Below are positions 29,988 to 41,623 of a stretch of 64,000 nt of DNA, piece by piece. The notes under the pieces were generated by a model that saw only the letters and a list, made by a program, of their open reading frames with translations, was not told the DNA's origin and made no database searches. The stretch spans positions 30,487-94,486 of the forward strand of contig DATIII010000008.1 in assembly GCA_035479795.1 (NCBI GenBank), read 5' to 3'. Each line of letters opens with the position of its first letter. The stretch's first letter is position 1. A program made the translations under genes and the position numbers. This DNA comes from Candidatus Saccharimonadales bacterium. Lineage in GTDB: Bacteria; Patescibacteriota; Saccharimonadia; UBA4664; SCTI01.

Positions 29988-32900
29988 TTACTCTGATTCT
30001 ACCGGTGTGTCAATCTGTTGGGCGGGGTCGGCGTCGCCGGCTCCGCCCGATGCGTCGGCTTCGGCCCCAACGGCTACTGGAGTAGCTTCCTCAGCTGCCT
30101 GACGGGCCCGAAAACCGGTACCCACAGGTGTCAAACGGCCGATGATCACGTTTTCCTTGAGGCCACGAAGCTTGTCAACCTTCCCGCGGATGGCGGCACC
30201 AATCAGCACGCGACTGGTGTCCTGAAAGCTAGCAGCTGACAAGAAAGAGTCAGACGAAACCGAAATCTTGGTAATTGGCAGTAGTAGCTGCTCAAAGGTG
30301 GCAGGCTTCTTGCCGGCCTCCTCCAGCTCTTCGTTTTCTTCAATCACGCTCATGCGGGAAACAATGTCGCCGGTTACAAACAAGCTGTCACCTGGTTCCT
30401 CAATCTGAACCCGTGAGAACATCTGGCGAATGATGATCTCGATGTGCTTGTCGGCAATGGTTTGACCCTGACTGGCGTAGATCGACTGGACCTCAGCCAC
30501 GATGTAGTTTTGGACAGCCCCTTCACCGAGCAGCAGCAGCATGTCTTGCAGGTTAATTGAACCTTCGGTTAAGCGCTGACCCTTGGTAACCAAATCACCA
30601 TTTTTAACTTCAATTTCCTGATAAGCCGGAATGGTGTGGTCGCGGGTAGCGCCACCGGCGTGGGTAACCGTAATCTTGTCCTTATGAACTTCAACCGATC
30701 CTTCGACCTTGCTCTTTAACGCCTTCTTGCCCTTGGCATCGGCGGCCATGACATCACCAACCTGGACGGTATCTCCGGTCTTTACCTCGGGAATGCGATC
30801 GCCCAGCTCATAGTCGGTCATTTTCAGGTTAGTTGGGGTTATGCGAATAATCGTCTTGCCACTGGCTTCTTTAATTTTAACCACGCCGTCGATTTCGGCC
30901 AGAACGGCCTGACCCTTCGGACTACGGGCTTCAAAGATTTCTTCAACCCGCGGTAGACCCTGGGTAATATCAGCGCCGGTCAGACCCGAACCCTTGTGGA
31001 AGGTACGCATCGTCAGCTGGGTGCCCGGCTCACCAATACTCTGGGCGGCAATAACGCCGACCGGCTCACCCATCTCAACCATGTGACCACGGGCCAGATC
31101 GACACCATAGCACTGGCGGCAGATACCCCAGAAGGTCTTGCATTCGAGTACACTGCGCACACTGACGTCTTCGACACCGGCCTTGACGATTGCTTCAGCC
31201 AAATCATCAGTAATCAGCTGTCCAGCCTTAACTAGCGTTTTGCCATCGGCCTTAACAGCTTGGGCAGCCACCCGGCCGGCCAAACGGGTGTTAAAGCTTT
31301 CGCCAATCGATTCGGATTCAGCACGGGTAACCAAGCTGCCCTTCTTATCACCGCAGTCTTCTTCGGTGACGATCACGTCTTGAGCGACGTCAACCAAACG
31401 GCGGGTAAGATAACCCGATTCAGCCGTCTTTAGAGCCGTGTCGGTTAGACCCTTACGAGCGCCGTGGGTGGAGCTGAAGTATTCTAGGCCAGAAAAGCCT
31501 TCTTTGTAGCTGGAGCGAATCGGCAGCTCAATGATGCGACCGGTTGGGTTGTTGACCAAGCCGAGCATGCCAGAAATCTGGTTTACCTGGCTGAAGTCGC
31601 CACGAGCACCCGATTCAACATAGAGGCCAATGGTAGCTTCGTTACCCACCAAGGCACTTTCAAGATCGGCCTTAATCTGTTCATTGGTCTTCTGCCAAGC
31701 CTCAATGGTTCGGCGATAACGCTCTTCGTCGGTAATCAGCCCCATTTCATACTGCTTGGAAATTTCAACCACCTTGGCTTCACCCTGGGCAATTAACTCT
31801 TCTTTATTGGCAGGAACCACGAAGTCATCCACACCAATCGACATACCGGAGAAGGTGGCGTAGCGGAATCCCAGGTCTTTAATGTCGTCCACTACTTCGG
31901 CAGTAGCTTCTGGACCAGCCGAAACAAAGATTTCGGCCACTAGAGTCTGCAGCTTCTTCTTGGTCATGGTTTCGTTACGGAAAGGCATATCCTCAGGTAG
32001 AACGTTGTTAAATAGGATACGGCCAACGGTAGTTTCTACACGCTCACCGCCAATCGGTACGCTAATCTTGGTCTGCAGCTTGATAGCGTCAACATCCAGG
32101 GCATAAATAGCCTCGTTCTTATCCTTAAAGTGTTTGACTTTGTCGTCTTTGAATTTTTCGTAGGTCAGGTAGTAACAACCGAGCACCATATCCTGGGATG
32201 GGTTAACTACCGCAGCGCCATCAGCTGGCTTCAGCAGGTTACGAGTAGCCAGCATGATCTGCTTGGCTTCGGCTTGAGCAGCTTCCGAAAGCGGCACGTG
32301 AACCGCCATTTGGTCGCCATCGAAGTCGGCATTAAAGGCGGCACATACTAGCGGGTGCAACTGAATAGCCTTGCCTTCGATCAGTCGCGGCTGGAAGGCC
32401 TGGATACCCAAACGGTGGAGGGTTGGAGCACGGTTGAGTAACACATACTTTCCAGCAATGATCTCTTCCAGAGCATCCCACACCTCAGTGCGAGCACGCT
32501 CAATCATCCGACCAGCACTTTTTACATTATGGGCCAGGTCTTGTTCAATCAGTCGGGCCATCACGAACGGCTTAAACAATTCAAGCGCCATCATCTTGGG
32601 CAGACCACACTCGTAGAGCTTCAGGTTTGGACCGGAAACAATCACCGATCGTCCGGAGTAGTCTACACGCTTACCGAGTAGATTCTGACGGAAGCGACCC
32701 TGCTTCCCTTTTAGCATGTCACTCAAACTCTTGAGCTTGCGACGAGTGTTGGTCGAGCTAACAGCGCGCTCACGGCGGGCGTTGTTATCGACCAAGGCGT
32801 CTACGGCCTCCTGGAGCATCCGCTTTTCGTTTCGGCGGATGACTTCTGGGGCATCAAGCTCAATCAGGCGCTTCAAGCGATTGTTGCGGTTAATTACGCG

Positions 32901-33881
32901 GCGATAGAGATCGTTAAGGTCAGAAGCCGCAAACCGACCACCAGCCAACTGCACCATCGGACGCAGATCCGGCGGAATAACCGGCAGTTCAGTAACCACC
33001 ATCCACTCGGGACGGATACCGGCGCCCTTCATACCTTCCAGCATCTTCAGACGCTTTAGGGTCTTCTTTTTCTTCTGCCCGGTGGATTCTTCGGCCTCTT
33101 TGGTTAGTTCGTCGACCAGCCCATCAACATCAATTTCAGTCAACAGATTACGGACGGCCTCGGCGCCAATTTCGGCGCGGAAGACGTCACCATACTTCAG
33201 GTTCAAATCACGATATTTGGCTTCAGTTAGCAGCGCCAAACGAGCCAGACCTTCCAGCTCTTCCTTGGCATTGTTATAGCTGGCTTCCAGGTCGCTTAAT
33301 TCGCGAGACTGGCTGGCCGCCACTGCTTTGACATCAGCATCCTTGGCGCCAGCTTGCTTGGTGTGATCCTTTTCAATGTCGGCCTTGCGGGTTTTGTAGT
33401 CGGCCTCAAGGTCAACCAGAGCTTGCTTGCGGCGATCATCATCGACATCAGTCACAATGTAATTGGCAAAGTAAACAACGCGCTCCAGGTCACGAATACT
33501 CATATTTAGGACCAAGCCGATTGAGCTGGGAGTTCCACGCAGGAACCAAATGTGGGTCACCGGTACTGCCAAGCTAATGTGGCCCATGCGCTCGCGGCGA
33601 ACAATGCTACGGGTCACGCGGACACCACACTTATCGCAAACTACGTCCTTATAACGAATTCGCTTGTACTTACCGCAGTAGCATTCCCAGTCCTTGGTAG
33701 GGCCAAAAATGCGTTCGCAGAACAAGCCGTCTTTTTCCGGCTTTTGGGTACGATAGTTAATGGTCTCGGGCTTGGTAACCTCACCGTGCGACCAGTCGAG
33801 AATTTGGGTTGGGCTGGCTAGAGAAAGCCGTACCGCAGTAAATTCACTAGCTGTTTGGTCAATTGTTTCAATCGGGTTCAT
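29988..33881 (-). CDS. rpoC: RNA polymerase beta' subunit
   Basis: [29 protein letters not shown]. Confidence 0.99.
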   Translation of the reverse strand: MNPIETIDQTASEFTAVRLSLASPTQILDWSHGEVTKPETINYRTQKPEKDGLFCERIFGPTKDWECYCGKYKRIRYKDVVCDKCGVRVTRSIVRRERMGHISLAVPVTHIWFLRGTPSSIGLVLNMSIRDLERVVYFANYIVTDVDDDRRKQALVDLEADYKTRKADIEKDHTKQAGAKDADVKAVAASQSRELSDLEASYNNAKEELEGLARLALLTEAKYRDLNLKYGDVFRAEIGAEAVRNLLTEIDVDGLVDELTKEAEESTGQKKKKTLKRLKMLEGMKGAGIRPEWMVVTELPVIPPDLRPMVQLAGGRFAASDLNDLYRRVINRNNRLKRLIELDAPEVIRRNEKRMLQEAVDALVDNNARRERAVSSTNTRRKLKSLSDMLKGKQGRFRQNLLGKRVDYSGRSVIVSGPNLKLYECGLPKMMALELFKPFVMARLIEQDLAHNVKSAGRMIERARTEVWDALEEIIAGKYVLLNRAPTLHRLGIQAFQPRLIEGKAIQLHPLVCAAFNADFDGDQMAVHVPLSEAAQAEAKQIMLATRNLLKPADGAAVVNPSQDMVLGCYYLTYEKFKDDKVKHFKDKNEAIYALDVDAIKLQTKISVPIGGERVETTVGRILFNNVLPEDMPFRNETMTKKKLQTLVAEIFVSAGPEATAEVVDDIKDLGFRYATFSGMSIGVDDFVVPANKEELIAQGEAKVVEISKQYEMGLITDEERYRRTIEAWQKTNEQIKADLESALVGNEATIGLYVESGARGDFSQVNQISGMLGLVNNPTGRIIELPIRSSYKEGFSGLEYFSSTHGARKGLTDTALKTAESGYLTRRLVDVAQDVIVTEEDCGDKKGSLVTRAESESIGESFNTRLAGRVAAQAVKADGKTLVKAGQLITDDLAEAIVKAGVEDVSVRSVLECKTFWGICRQCYGVDLARGHMVEMGEPVGVIAAQSIGEPGTQLTMRTFHKGSGLTGADITQGLPRVEEIFEARSPKGQAVLAEIDGVVKIKEASGKTIIRITPTNLKMTDYELGDRIPEVKTGDTVQVGDVMAADAKGKKALKSKVEGSVEVHKDKITVTHAGGATRDHTIPAYQEIEVKNGDLVTKGQRLTEGSINLQDMLLLLGEGAVQNYIVAEVQSIYASQGQTIADKHIEIIIRQMFSRVQIEEPGDSLFVTGDIVSRMSVIEENEELEEAGKKPATFEQLLLPITKISVSSDSFLSAASFQDTSRVLIGAAIRGKVDKLRGLKENVIIGRLTPVGTGFRARQAAEEATPVAVGAEADASGGAGDADPAQQIDTPVESE

Positions 33882-33882
33882 C

Positions 33883-36800
33883 TTAAGCCTCCTCTCCTTC
33901 CGCGTCACCGGCCGTGGCAACGGCTTCCAATTCATCTTCCTGGCCAGCTGCTAAATCTACCAGCGGCATGTCAGCCACGGCGTCGCCAACTAGAAGCTCA
34001 TCTGTACCTAGCTCGTTCGCTTCAGCACGAGTTTCCTCGGCCAAAACTTCTTCAGCATCGACTTCCCCACTCTCGGCGCGGACTAATTCCACACTCAGGG
34101 TCAAGCTCTGCAGTTCCTTCACCAGCACATTAAAGGATTCCGGAATACGCGGGCCGCGGATTTCTTCGCCCTTAATAATCGCCTCGTAGGCTTTAGAGCG
34201 GCCGACCACATCGTCGGATTTAATCGTCAGGATTTCCTGTAAGGTGTTCGATGCGCCATAAGCTTCCAGGGCCCAAACTTCCATTTCGCCGAAGCGCTGA
34301 CCACCGCGCTGCGCCTTACCGCCCAGCGGCTGCTGGGTGACCATGGCGTATGGTCCGGTGGAACGAGCGTGGATTTTGTCATCCACCATGTGGACGAGCT
34401 TCAACATGTACTTGTAGCCAACCGTAGTCCGCTCTTGGAAGGGCTCACCGGTGCGGCCGTCGAATAGCTGAGCCTTGCCGTCTTCGGGTAGGCCGGCCTT
34501 CTTTAACTCTTCTTTAATCTGATCAATCTTCACTCCCTGGAACACCGGCGAAGCCGCGGTGTAGCCCAGAGCGGCGGCGGCCCAGCCCAGGTGAGTTTCA
34601 AAAACCTGACCCAGATTCATACGAGCGCCGACGCCCAGCGGATTTAAGATCATGTCTACTGGACGGCCATCGTCCATGTAAGGCATATCTTCAATCGGCA
34701 GAATTCGGGCAATTACGCCCTTATTACCGTGACGGCCGGCCATTTTATCACCCACCGAGATCTTGCGTAGCTGGGCGACCGAAACATGGTATTCCTCGAT
34801 AACACCGGCCTGCAGTTCATCGCCACCGGCGCGGCTGAATACCTTAACACCAACCACCTTACCGCGCTCACCATTTGGCAGGCGCAGGCTGGAATCTTTA
34901 ACATCACGAGCTTTTTCACCAAAAATGGCACGAAGCAGTTTTTCTTCACTGGACAGCTCCTGCTCACCCTTGGGCGTAATCTTACCAACCAGAATGTCTC
35001 CGGCAGCGACTTCGGCACCGATGCGGACAATACCACTTTCGTCGAGATCCTTCAGACTATCTTCGGAAACATTGGGAATATCGCGGGTTACAACTTCCGG
35101 ACCCAACTTGGTGTCGCGAACGTCCACCTGGTAGGTCTCAATATGAATTGAACTATAGCGGTCGTCTTCAACCAAACGTTGGCTGATAATGATCGCGTCT
35201 TCGAAGTTATAACCGCCCCAGGGCATGAAGGCGACCAAGATGTTCTGGCCCAGAGCCAGCTCACCCTTATCGGTCGACATGCCGTCGGCCAGGATGTCAC
35301 CCTTCTTCACCTTCTGGCCGTTTTCAACGACGGTTTTCTGGTGAATACCGGTACCAACGTTTGAGCGGACGAAGTTCAAGAGTGTGTAGGTCTGCTCGCC
35401 ACCCTTTTCATAATTGACGGTAATTTCACTGGCAGTGGCTTTGGTAACCACACCGTTACCTTCGGCCACAATCACCTGGGCACTATCGCGAGCCACTACC
35501 TCTTCCATCCCGGTGCCGACAATCGGCGCCTGCGGACGGATCAAGGCCACGGCTTGCTTCTGCATGTTCGAAGCCATCAGCGCGCGCTTAGCGTCGTCGT
35601 GCTCAATAAACGGAATTAGCGCGGCCGAAACCGACACAATCTGCTTGGTTGAAACATCCATGAAGTCAACTTCATTGGCATCCAGCTCTTCGGCGTTACC
35701 TAAGCGTCGGGCACCGACACGGGCGTCAACAAAGTAGCCATCATCATCCAGTCGGGTTGAGGCCTCAGTGATAACGTACTTTTCTTCATCGGCGGCGTCC
35801 ATATAAACAACTTCATTGGTTGCGCGAGCCTTAACCGGGACCATTTCGACAGTTTTGGCTAACTTTTTGGCAGTAGCGTCACTAATCTTGTCACCGGGCT
35901 TAACAATCACATTGCCTTTGTCATCTTTGATCGTGGTACGGGCGATGTGGCCGGCAGCCTCGGCGGCTGGCACGTTGTTTAGAATCTTGCGATAGGGAGT
36001 TTCAATAAACCCATATTCGTTAATCTGAGAATAGGTAGACAGGTTGGAAACTAGGCCAATGTTCGGGCCTTCTGGGGTCTCGATGGGGCAGATGCGGCCG
36101 TAGTGACTACGGTGCACGTCGCGGACTTCGAACCCAGCTCGCTCGCGGCTGAGACCACCGGCACCCATGGCAGTAATGCGTCGCTTGTGGGCAATCTCCG
36201 ACAGTGGGTTGGTTTGGTCCATAAACTGAGATAGCTGGGAGCTGGCAAAGAATTCCTTAACGCTGGCCACAATCGGGCGCACATTAATCAGCTGCCCGGG
36301 AGTCACGGTGGCGCGATCGTAAACCGACATACGGTCTTTAACGTTGCGCTCCATGCGCATTAGACCCACGCGGAAGCGTGCCTGGATTAGCTCACCAACC
36401 ATCCGCAGGCGACGATTAGCCAGGTTATCGATATCCTCGGCTGGATCACCGGTGTTGTTTAAGCGAATGATCTCTTTGACAATCTCCACCAGATCTTCAC
36501 GACGGAAAATGCGGTTTTCGAAGGTATTTTTAACATTCAAGTTTAGGCGCTTGTTGATTTTGTAGCGGCCAACCTTGGAGAAGTCATAGCGTTTTGGGTC
36601 AAAGAACATGCCCTCAATCAGCGTGCGTGAGTTTTCCACTGTTGCCAGGTCACCTGGGCGAATACGGCGGTAGACTTCCATCAGCGCCTCGCTCTGGTTG
36701 GCAGCCGCGTCTTTATCGAGAGTTTCTTTAGTGAAGTTGGTCTCGCCAGTTTCAACTTCTTTAAACAATCCCTTAATTTCGTCATCACCATACCCAAAGG

Positions 36801-37371
36801 CCTTCAGCAGCGTGGTAACGGGCAGTTTGCGCTTGCGGTCGATCTTGACCGAAATTACGCCGTTGGCGGCGGTGTCAAATTCCAACCAAGCGCCACGATC
36901 AGGAATAACCTTGGCACCGTAGAGGAGAGTACCGGCCGCGTTTTCCGATGTGAAGAACACACCTGGCGAGCGCACCAGCTGACTGACAACGACGCGTTCA
37001 ACACCATTGATGATGAAGGTGCCGCGAGCGGTCATCCATGGGTAATCACCCAGGAAGATTTCTTGTTCTTTGACTTCGCCGGTCTCTTTATTAACCAGCT
37101 GCACCACGGCCTTTAGCGGCACTTCGTAGGTAGCATTTTTGGCTTTGGCCGTAGCTTCGTCGAACTTCGGCTCTTCAAAGTGAAAGTCTTTAAAGCTCAG
37201 GGCCAGGGCCTTGCCGGTAAAGTCTTCGACCGGGCTGACGGCAGCAAAAAGCTCTGTCAGACCCTCAGTTTTAAACCATTCAAATGATTCAACTTGGGTT
37301 TTGATTAGATTTGGAAGCGCCAGCACTTCCGAATTTTTGTTAAAGGTACGTCGCTTTGTCGACTCTGCCAC
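33883..37371 (-). CDS. rpoB: RNA polymerase beta subunit (probable GTG start at 37371)
   Basis: [29 protein letters not shown]; AAGGAG SD. Confidence 0.99.
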   Translation of the reverse strand: MAESTKRRTFNKNSEVLALPNLIKTQVESFEWFKTEGLTELFAAVSPVEDFTGKALALSFKDFHFEEPKFDEATAKAKNATYEVPLKAVVQLVNKETGEVKEQEIFLGDYPWMTARGTFIINGVERVVVSQLVRSPGVFFTSENAAGTLLYGAKVIPDRGAWLEFDTAANGVISVKIDRKRKLPVTTLLKAFGYGDDEIKGLFKEVETGETNFTKETLDKDAAANQSEALMEVYRRIRPGDLATVENSRTLIEGMFFDPKRYDFSKVGRYKINKRLNLNVKNTFENRIFRREDLVEIVKEIIRLNNTGDPAEDIDNLANRRLRMVGELIQARFRVGLMRMERNVKDRMSVYDRATVTPGQLINVRPIVASVKEFFASSQLSQFMDQTNPLSEIAHKRRITAMGAGGLSRERAGFEVRDVHRSHYGRICPIETPEGPNIGLVSNLSTYSQINEYGFIETPYRKILNNVPAAEAAGHIARTTIKDDKGNVIVKPGDKISDATAKKLAKTVEMVPVKARATNEVVYMDAADEEKYVITEASTRLDDDGYFVDARVGARRLGNAEELDANEVDFMDVSTKQIVSVSAALIPFIEHDDAKRALMASNMQKQAVALIRPQAPIVGTGMEEVVARDSAQVIVAEGNGVVTKATASEITVNYEKGGEQTYTLLNFVRSNVGTGIHQKTVVENGQKVKKGDILADGMSTDKGELALGQNILVAFMPWGGYNFEDAIIISQRLVEDDRYSSIHIETYQVDVRDTKLGPEVVTRDIPNVSEDSLKDLDESGIVRIGAEVAAGDILVGKITPKGEQELSSEEKLLRAIFGEKARDVKDSSLRLPNGERGKVVGVKVFSRAGGDELQAGVIEEYHVSVAQLRKISVGDKMAGRHGNKGVIARILPIEDMPYMDDGRPVDMILNPLGVGARMNLGQVFETHLGWAAAALGYTAASPVFQGVKIDQIKEELKKAGLPEDGKAQLFDGRTGEPFQERTTVGYKYMLKLVHMVDDKIHARSTGPYAMVTQQPLGGKAQRGGQRFGEMEVWALEAYGASNTLQEILTIKSDDVVGRSKAYEAIIKGEEIRGPRIPESFNVLVKELQSLTLSVELVRAESGEVDAEEVLAEETRAEANELGTDELLVGDAVADMPLVDLAAGQEDELEAVATAGDAEGEEA

Positions 37372-37525
37372 ATGGTCTCCTTGGTTACTCTTATATGCGC
37401 ATAGTTCCCCCCAGCAATTTGCCAAATCGCTCGGAGTAGAGTTAGGAGGTGATATCTAAATCGATAATAGTGCTTCCAAGACTTTCGCAGTCGGGCGAGA
37501 ATTTGACTGCGGGAGTCCTACACGC

Positions 37526-37553
37526 AAAAAAAGTAGGCAGGCCTTCCTACTTT
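37526..37553 (-). terminator. Intrinsic terminator between clpP and rpoB
   Basis: AGTAGG/CCTACT stem followed by a run of T on the minus strand. Confidence 0.7.
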
Positions 37554-37625
37554 GTGATTTAAGCTTCCTCTGTTACTCATTCTGCCTGCACGTGACAGGT
37601 TTGTCAACAGCTTTTGACTGACAAT

Positions 37626-38228
37626 TTAGTGGCGGCGGATGATTTCGTCGACAATACCGTAGTCTTTAGCCTCTTTGGCCGTCATGTAATAGTCCCGATC
37701 GGTGTCTTTTTTCACCTTGTCGTAGGGCTGGCCGGTGGCTTCAGCCAGATGCTTATCAAGGACTTCACGCAATGACAGTACTTCTTTTGCGGTGATTTCG
37801 ATATCAGTTGGAGCGCCTTGGAATCCGGCTGAGCCCTGGTGAATCATCACCTTAGAATTAGGCAGTGAGAAGCGCTTGCCCTTGGTACCAGCCGCCAGAA
37901 TATGGGCTCCCATGCTCATCGCCATCCCAACCACCACCGTGGAAACATCTGGCTTGATGTAGTTCATGGTATCGATCATGGCCAGGCCGGCATAAACACT
38001 GCCCCCCGGGGAATTAATATAAACCGTAATATCTTTTTTAGGGTCCTCATTCTCGAGGAATAAAAGCTGAGCAATCACCAGGTTAGCCACTTGATCATCA
38101 ATGCCGGTACCGACAAAGATAATGCGGTCTTTAAGCAGCCGCGAATAAATGTCGTAGGCGCGCTCGCCATAGGTGGTTTTCTCTAAAACCGTGGGAATCA
38201 ATATCTGGTTTTTCGGCTCTTGTGTCAT
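37626..38228 (-). CDS. clpP: ATP-dependent Clp protease proteolytic subunit
   Basis: [29 protein letters not shown]. Confidence 0.97.
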   Translation of the reverse strand: MTQEPKNQILIPTVLEKTTYGERAYDIYSRLLKDRIIFVGTGIDDQVANLVIAQLLFLENEDPKKDITVYINSPGGSVYAGLAMIDTMNYIKPDVSTVVVGMAMSMGAHILAAGTKGKRFSLPNSKVMIHQGSAGFQGAPTDIEITAKEVLSLREVLDKHLAEATGQPYDKVKKDTDRDYYMTAKEAKDYGIVDEIIRRH

Positions 38229-38246
38229 GCCAGTATTTTACTCCAT

Positions 38247-38273
38247 TTGGCACTCAACGTGCAAGAGTGCTAA
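38247..38273. promoter_or_regulatory. CIRCE element (HrcA operator) upstream of clpP
   Basis: TTGGCACTC-N9-GAGTGCTAA versus the consensus TTAGCACTC-N9-GAGTGCTAA. Confidence 0.85.
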
Positions 38274-38632
38274 AGTCGGCCGGCTCGCGTTGCTATTAAA
38301 TAGATTACGAATCCAAACTCGATGATTTTGTCGATAATGGGCGGGAGGGATAGCACATCAACGAGGAAAAATGAGATAGCTCCCAGTGCGGCGCTCAAGA
38401 GAAACCACTGTGTCCAACTCAAGTTGGTCAGCCATAAAAAGCGACTGCGAAAATAATTGTTGTTTGGGGCGTAGCTGTTGCCGGCCGCCACGGCGTTAAT
38501 GGCTGCTTCCTGCTGGTCTTCCTTACGCTGCTCATCAATCAAGTCGGCTCCTACCTTTTCCGCCTCTTCCGGATGACGATCATAATAATCCTCGATTATT
38601 TGATCGGTTTTGGCTTTACCCTCGTCTGCCAT
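38270..38632 (-). CDS. Hypothetical protein with C-terminal TM helices
   Basis: ORF fills the gap between tig and clpP. Confidence 0.6.
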   Translation of the reverse strand: MADEGKAKTDQIIEDYYDRHPEEAEKVGADLIDEQRKEDQQEAAINAVAAGNSYAPNNNYFRSRFLWLTNLSWTQWFLLSAALGAISFFLVDVLSLPPIIDKIIEFGFVIYLIATRAGRL

Positions 38633-39913
38633 TTAGCCCTTCTTCGCGTACTCGGCCAATTTATCAATCGTGCGGGTGGCCATTAAATGATTGAAGACAT
38701 CTTCGCGAATGCGATCGCCGGCCAGTTCCTTCTGCATCGCCGGATCGGTATAGCGCAGCCTGAGCTGGTCGAGCTCGTTATCAACCTCTTCGGCGCTAAC
38801 CGCTAGGTCTTCCTCCTTGGCCACTTGACTGAGAATCATCGCCAACTTGGTGCGGCGCTCGGCTTCCGGCTTAATTTCGGCCTCAAAATCCTCCTGCGTT
38901 TGATTTTGGGCTTTCAGATATTGCTCCATGGTTAGTCCACTGCTGGCCAACCGCTGCGTCATCTCATTCTTCAGTCTCTCACTCTGCTGGAAGAGTAACT
39001 TCTCCGGCACAGCCACTTTGGTTTTGGTAATGATTTCATTGAGCAATTCATTTTCAAAATCGCGCTTAGCCTGCTCCTCACCTTCTACGGTTAGCTGATC
39101 TTTAATGTCAGCTTTCAGATCGGCCACAGTTTTGAATGGCCCTACTTGAGCAGCAAACTTATCATCAATCTCGGGCAACTGCAGTTCGGTAACCTCCTGA
39201 AGCTTGATTGTAAATTCAACCGGCTGACCAGCCAGAGTTGATTCGTGATAATCCTTTGGGAAGGTGATGGTGAAGGTCTTACCCTCGCCAGCCTTCATCC
39301 CAATCAGTTCGTCTTCAAAACCAGGAATAAACTGCCCACTGCCCAGTTTGAGCACATGGTTCTTGGCTGAAGCCCCGGCCACATCCTGGCCGTCTTTAGT
39401 CCCATGGAAATCAAATTTAACCTCGTCCCCTGTTTCGGCGGCCCGCACGGCTGGAGCGCGATTAGCCAGACGCCGCCGCAGATCTTCGATCACTTCATCA
39501 ATCTGCTTGTTCTCGATCTTGACCGGTTTAACCTGCTTTTTGATCTTCTTATAATCTGGAAGTTTAACCTCCGGAACAATCTCCACCGTTGCCTCAAACT
39601 CTAAGTCCGTATAGGGCACCCACTTTTTAACATCAACCTGCGGCTGGGCAATGACCGTCAGCCTGTGCTCAAAGACAGCGTCGGAATAGGCGTGGCTTAC
39701 GGCATGCTCTACTGTTTCGGCCTGAATGCGCTCTGCGCCAAGCTCACGCTCCACGATATTGTCCGGGGCCTTACCTGGGCGGAAGCCAGAAACTCGGACC
39801 TCACCCCTCAAGTGGTCATAAACATGCTGGCGTGCATGCTCAATGTCCTTGGGCTCGGCCGTGATCTTAAAAGTCACAGTGGTATCAGTGCGTTTGGTAA
39901 TTTCAGCTTTCAT
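38633..39913 (-). CDS. tig: Trigger factor (start moved to MKAEI)
   Basis: GFRPGKAP signature; FKBP-like GSGQFIPGFE. Confidence 0.95.
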   Translation of the reverse strand: MKAEITKRTDTTVTFKITAEPKDIEHARQHVYDHLRGEVRVSGFRPGKAPDNIVERELGAERIQAETVEHAVSHAYSDAVFEHRLTVIAQPQVDVKKWVPYTDLEFEATVEIVPEVKLPDYKKIKKQVKPVKIENKQIDEVIEDLRRRLANRAPAVRAAETGDEVKFDFHGTKDGQDVAGASAKNHVLKLGSGQFIPGFEDELIGMKAGEGKTFTITFPKDYHESTLAGQPVEFTIKLQEVTELQLPEIDDKFAAQVGPFKTVADLKADIKDQLTVEGEEQAKRDFENELLNEIITKTKVAVPEKLLFQQSERLKNEMTQRLASSGLTMEQYLKAQNQTQEDFEAEIKPEAERRTKLAMILSQVAKEEDLAVSAEEVDNELDQLRLRYTDPAMQKELAGDRIREDVFNHLMATRTIDKLAEYAKKG

Positions 39914-39942
39914 ATCTGCCGAATTGTACCAGATAAAGCGAG

Positions 39943-39972
39943 AGGCGCCCACCCCGGCATGGGTAGGCGCCT
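39943..39972 (-). terminator. Hairpin after the Cys-rich ORFs
   Basis: AGGCGCCTACCC/GGGTGGGCGCCT stem on the minus strand (one G-U). Confidence 0.55.
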
Positions 39973-40189
39973 AATCAGACTCTTCTTCTTGCTTCCAGCG
40001 ATGCGTGTTTTCGAAGAAGCTACAGCGACAGCCCGGGATCTCACAACATTGATGTATGTCATCAGTCGCGTGATTGTAGCCGGTGTGACCACATTTAGCG
40101 CAGAGCTCGTAGTCTCCTGGATCCATGTGCGGATCGCCAACCCATGGGCCATTCGGGTCGAAGAGCGTGCCGTCTAAGGGCGAGGTCAC
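39971..40189 (-). CDS. Small Cys/His-rich hypothetical protein (72 aa)
   Basis: CAKCGH...HQCCEIPGCRC. Confidence 0.55.
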   Translation of the reverse strand: MTSPLDGTLFDPNGPWVGDPHMDPGDYELCAKCGHTGYNHATDDIHQCCEIPGCRCSFFENTHRWKQEEESD

Positions 40190-40192
40190 GCG

Positions 40193-40366
40193 TCAGTAGC
40201 GGCCGATGTCATGGCCGCGGGAGTACGGCGAACTGTTGAGCGGCCGGACCGCAGATCCATGTACGCAGCAGCTCGGGTTTATCCAGCCGCGATCGCACGA
40301 GCATTTTGGCCTGGCCTCTTCATGCTCGTTGCATCTCTCGGTATAGGGGACTGGCTTGTCAGACAT
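40193..40366 (-). CDS. Small Cys-rich hypothetical protein (57 aa; not in ORF track)
   Basis: GGAGG SD; manual translation MSDKPVPYTERCNEHEEARPKCSCDRGWINPSCCVHGSAVRPLNSSPYSRGHDIGRY; stop 3 nt before the next start. Confidence 0.5.
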   Translation of the reverse strand: MSDKPVPYTERCNEHEEARPKCSCDRGWINPSCCVHGSAVRPLNSSPYSRGHDIGRY

Positions 40367-40494
40367 AACCCTCCATGTGCTAGATTATCCTTGACTCAAC
40401 AGTAGGCCCTCAGGTGTTAAATAGCAATAATTGCGTTCTCCGCCGGCCGGCGGATCACTCACTGAAGTTCTACGTCCTTTACCACTCAACACCA

Positions 40495-40528
40495 AAAGTG
40501 AGCACCCAACTATGTTAGATACTCACTT
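40495..40528 (-). terminator. Hairpin directly after the tRNA 3' end
   Basis: AAGTGAGTATCTAAC-ata-GTTGGGTGCTCACTT with G-U pairs on the minus strand. Confidence 0.6.
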
Positions 40529-40612
40529 TGGTGGGGATGAAAGGACTTGAACCTTCACGCCTTGCGGCACTAGTTCCTAAAACTAGCGTGTCTACCATTC
40601 CACCACATCCCC
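40529..40612 (-). tRNA. tRNA-Leu (anticodon TAG), CCA encoded
   Basis: GGGGATG/CATCCCC acceptor stem, TGGTAG D-loop, CTAGT-ttTAGga-ACTAG anticodon arm, long variable arm, GGTTCAAGTCC T-arm. Confidence 0.97.
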
Positions 40613-40751
40613 GCGTCCAAACTGGGCACCCAGCTTACATAATTCTGCCGAATTACCTCAGCTTACGCCAGCAGTTTCTCCTTTCGAAATTCCAAACAGC
40701 TGCGCTTGGTTTGAAATTTCGGCTTAGGCCTCACCAGATAATACCTTAAAA

Positions 40752-41063
40752 CTACTTATCTGCGTACTTGCCGAAGCCGAGTACTCGTTTCCACCAGGGA
40801 TTCTTTGGCCGGGTTTCATCATAGCGAGCCCTGGAATGTGCCAATGTTTCGTCCTCACCGATGGGCATGCCATTTAGCTCGGCTTCGTGTTTTCCAACGC
40901 CGCTGGCTTCGATCCTTTGCCGGATTTGATCAACCGTTGGTCCTGGAGTTGAGGTTTCTCGGGCGACTGATCCCGCCCTTTGGCGCGCCCCAGCCTCTTC
41001 AGCTGCAGATATCGCAGATTCCGAAGATTTAGCCTGCTCTCCTCCCAATGTTTCTGGTGTCAT
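40752..41063 (-). CDS. Hypothetical protein
   Basis: ORF co-directional with the rsmD operon; no recognisable motif. Confidence 0.5.
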   Translation of the reverse strand: MTPETLGGEQAKSSESAISAAEEAGARQRAGSVARETSTPGPTVDQIRQRIEASGVGKHEAELNGMPIGEDETLAHSRARYDETRPKNPWWKRVLGFGKYADK

Positions 41064-41083
41064 GAGATGCCCGTTTACCTTCT

Positions 41084-41623
41084 TTATGATACCTGAAGAT
41101 TTTTGTAAAACGCTAACTGAGGGTCACCATATTTTTTGACCTTTACTAGGCGTATATCTTCTAGCTCAAAATCATCTTCCTGCCGGGGGTACTCTACCAC
41201 CAATACCCCTTCTGGGTTTAAGAGATGTCCTAGCCGGCTCAAGGTATGTCGATCGAGCACCGAGTATGGCGGCATCGCAAATATGAGATCAAACTTCTGG
41301 CCAGAGTGGGCATCAAGCCACGACTCGACCCTGGTTGCAGCCAGTTTCAACTTATGCCCTAAATTGAGGTTTTGATTATTTTTTCTAATGGCATCAATTG
41401 CTTCGGAGCCAAGTTCAATGGCTATTACACTATCAGCACCACGGCTAATGGCTTCAATCCCTAAGGCGCCACTACCCGCATAGGCATCAAGGACTGACAG
41501 CCCATCGATCGGCCCCAATATATCGAAAAGGGCGCCACGAGTCTTTGCTGTCATCGGACGAGTCAATCGCGTAGACGGACTGACAAGAGGCCGCCCCTTT
41601 AGAGACCCAGACACTACCCGCAT
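41084..41623 (-). CDS. rsmD: 16S rRNA m2G966 methyltransferase
   Basis: MRVVSGSLKGR, TRP, LDAYAGSGALGIEAISRGA; (D/M)PPY. Confidence 0.9.
   Translation of the reverse strand: MRVVSGSLKGRPLVSPSTRLTRPMTAKTRGALFDILGPIDGLSVLDAYAGSGALGIEAISRGADSVIAIELGSEAIDAIRKNNQNLNLGHKLKLAATRVESWLDAHSGQKFDLIFAMPPYSVLDRHTLSRLGHLLNPEGVLVVEYPRQEDDFELEDIRLVKVKKYGDPQLAFYKNLQVS

Noticed and set aside
40528-40749. 73-aa ORF MVGMKGLEPSR...
   Set aside because: It is the antisense translation of tRNA-Leu.
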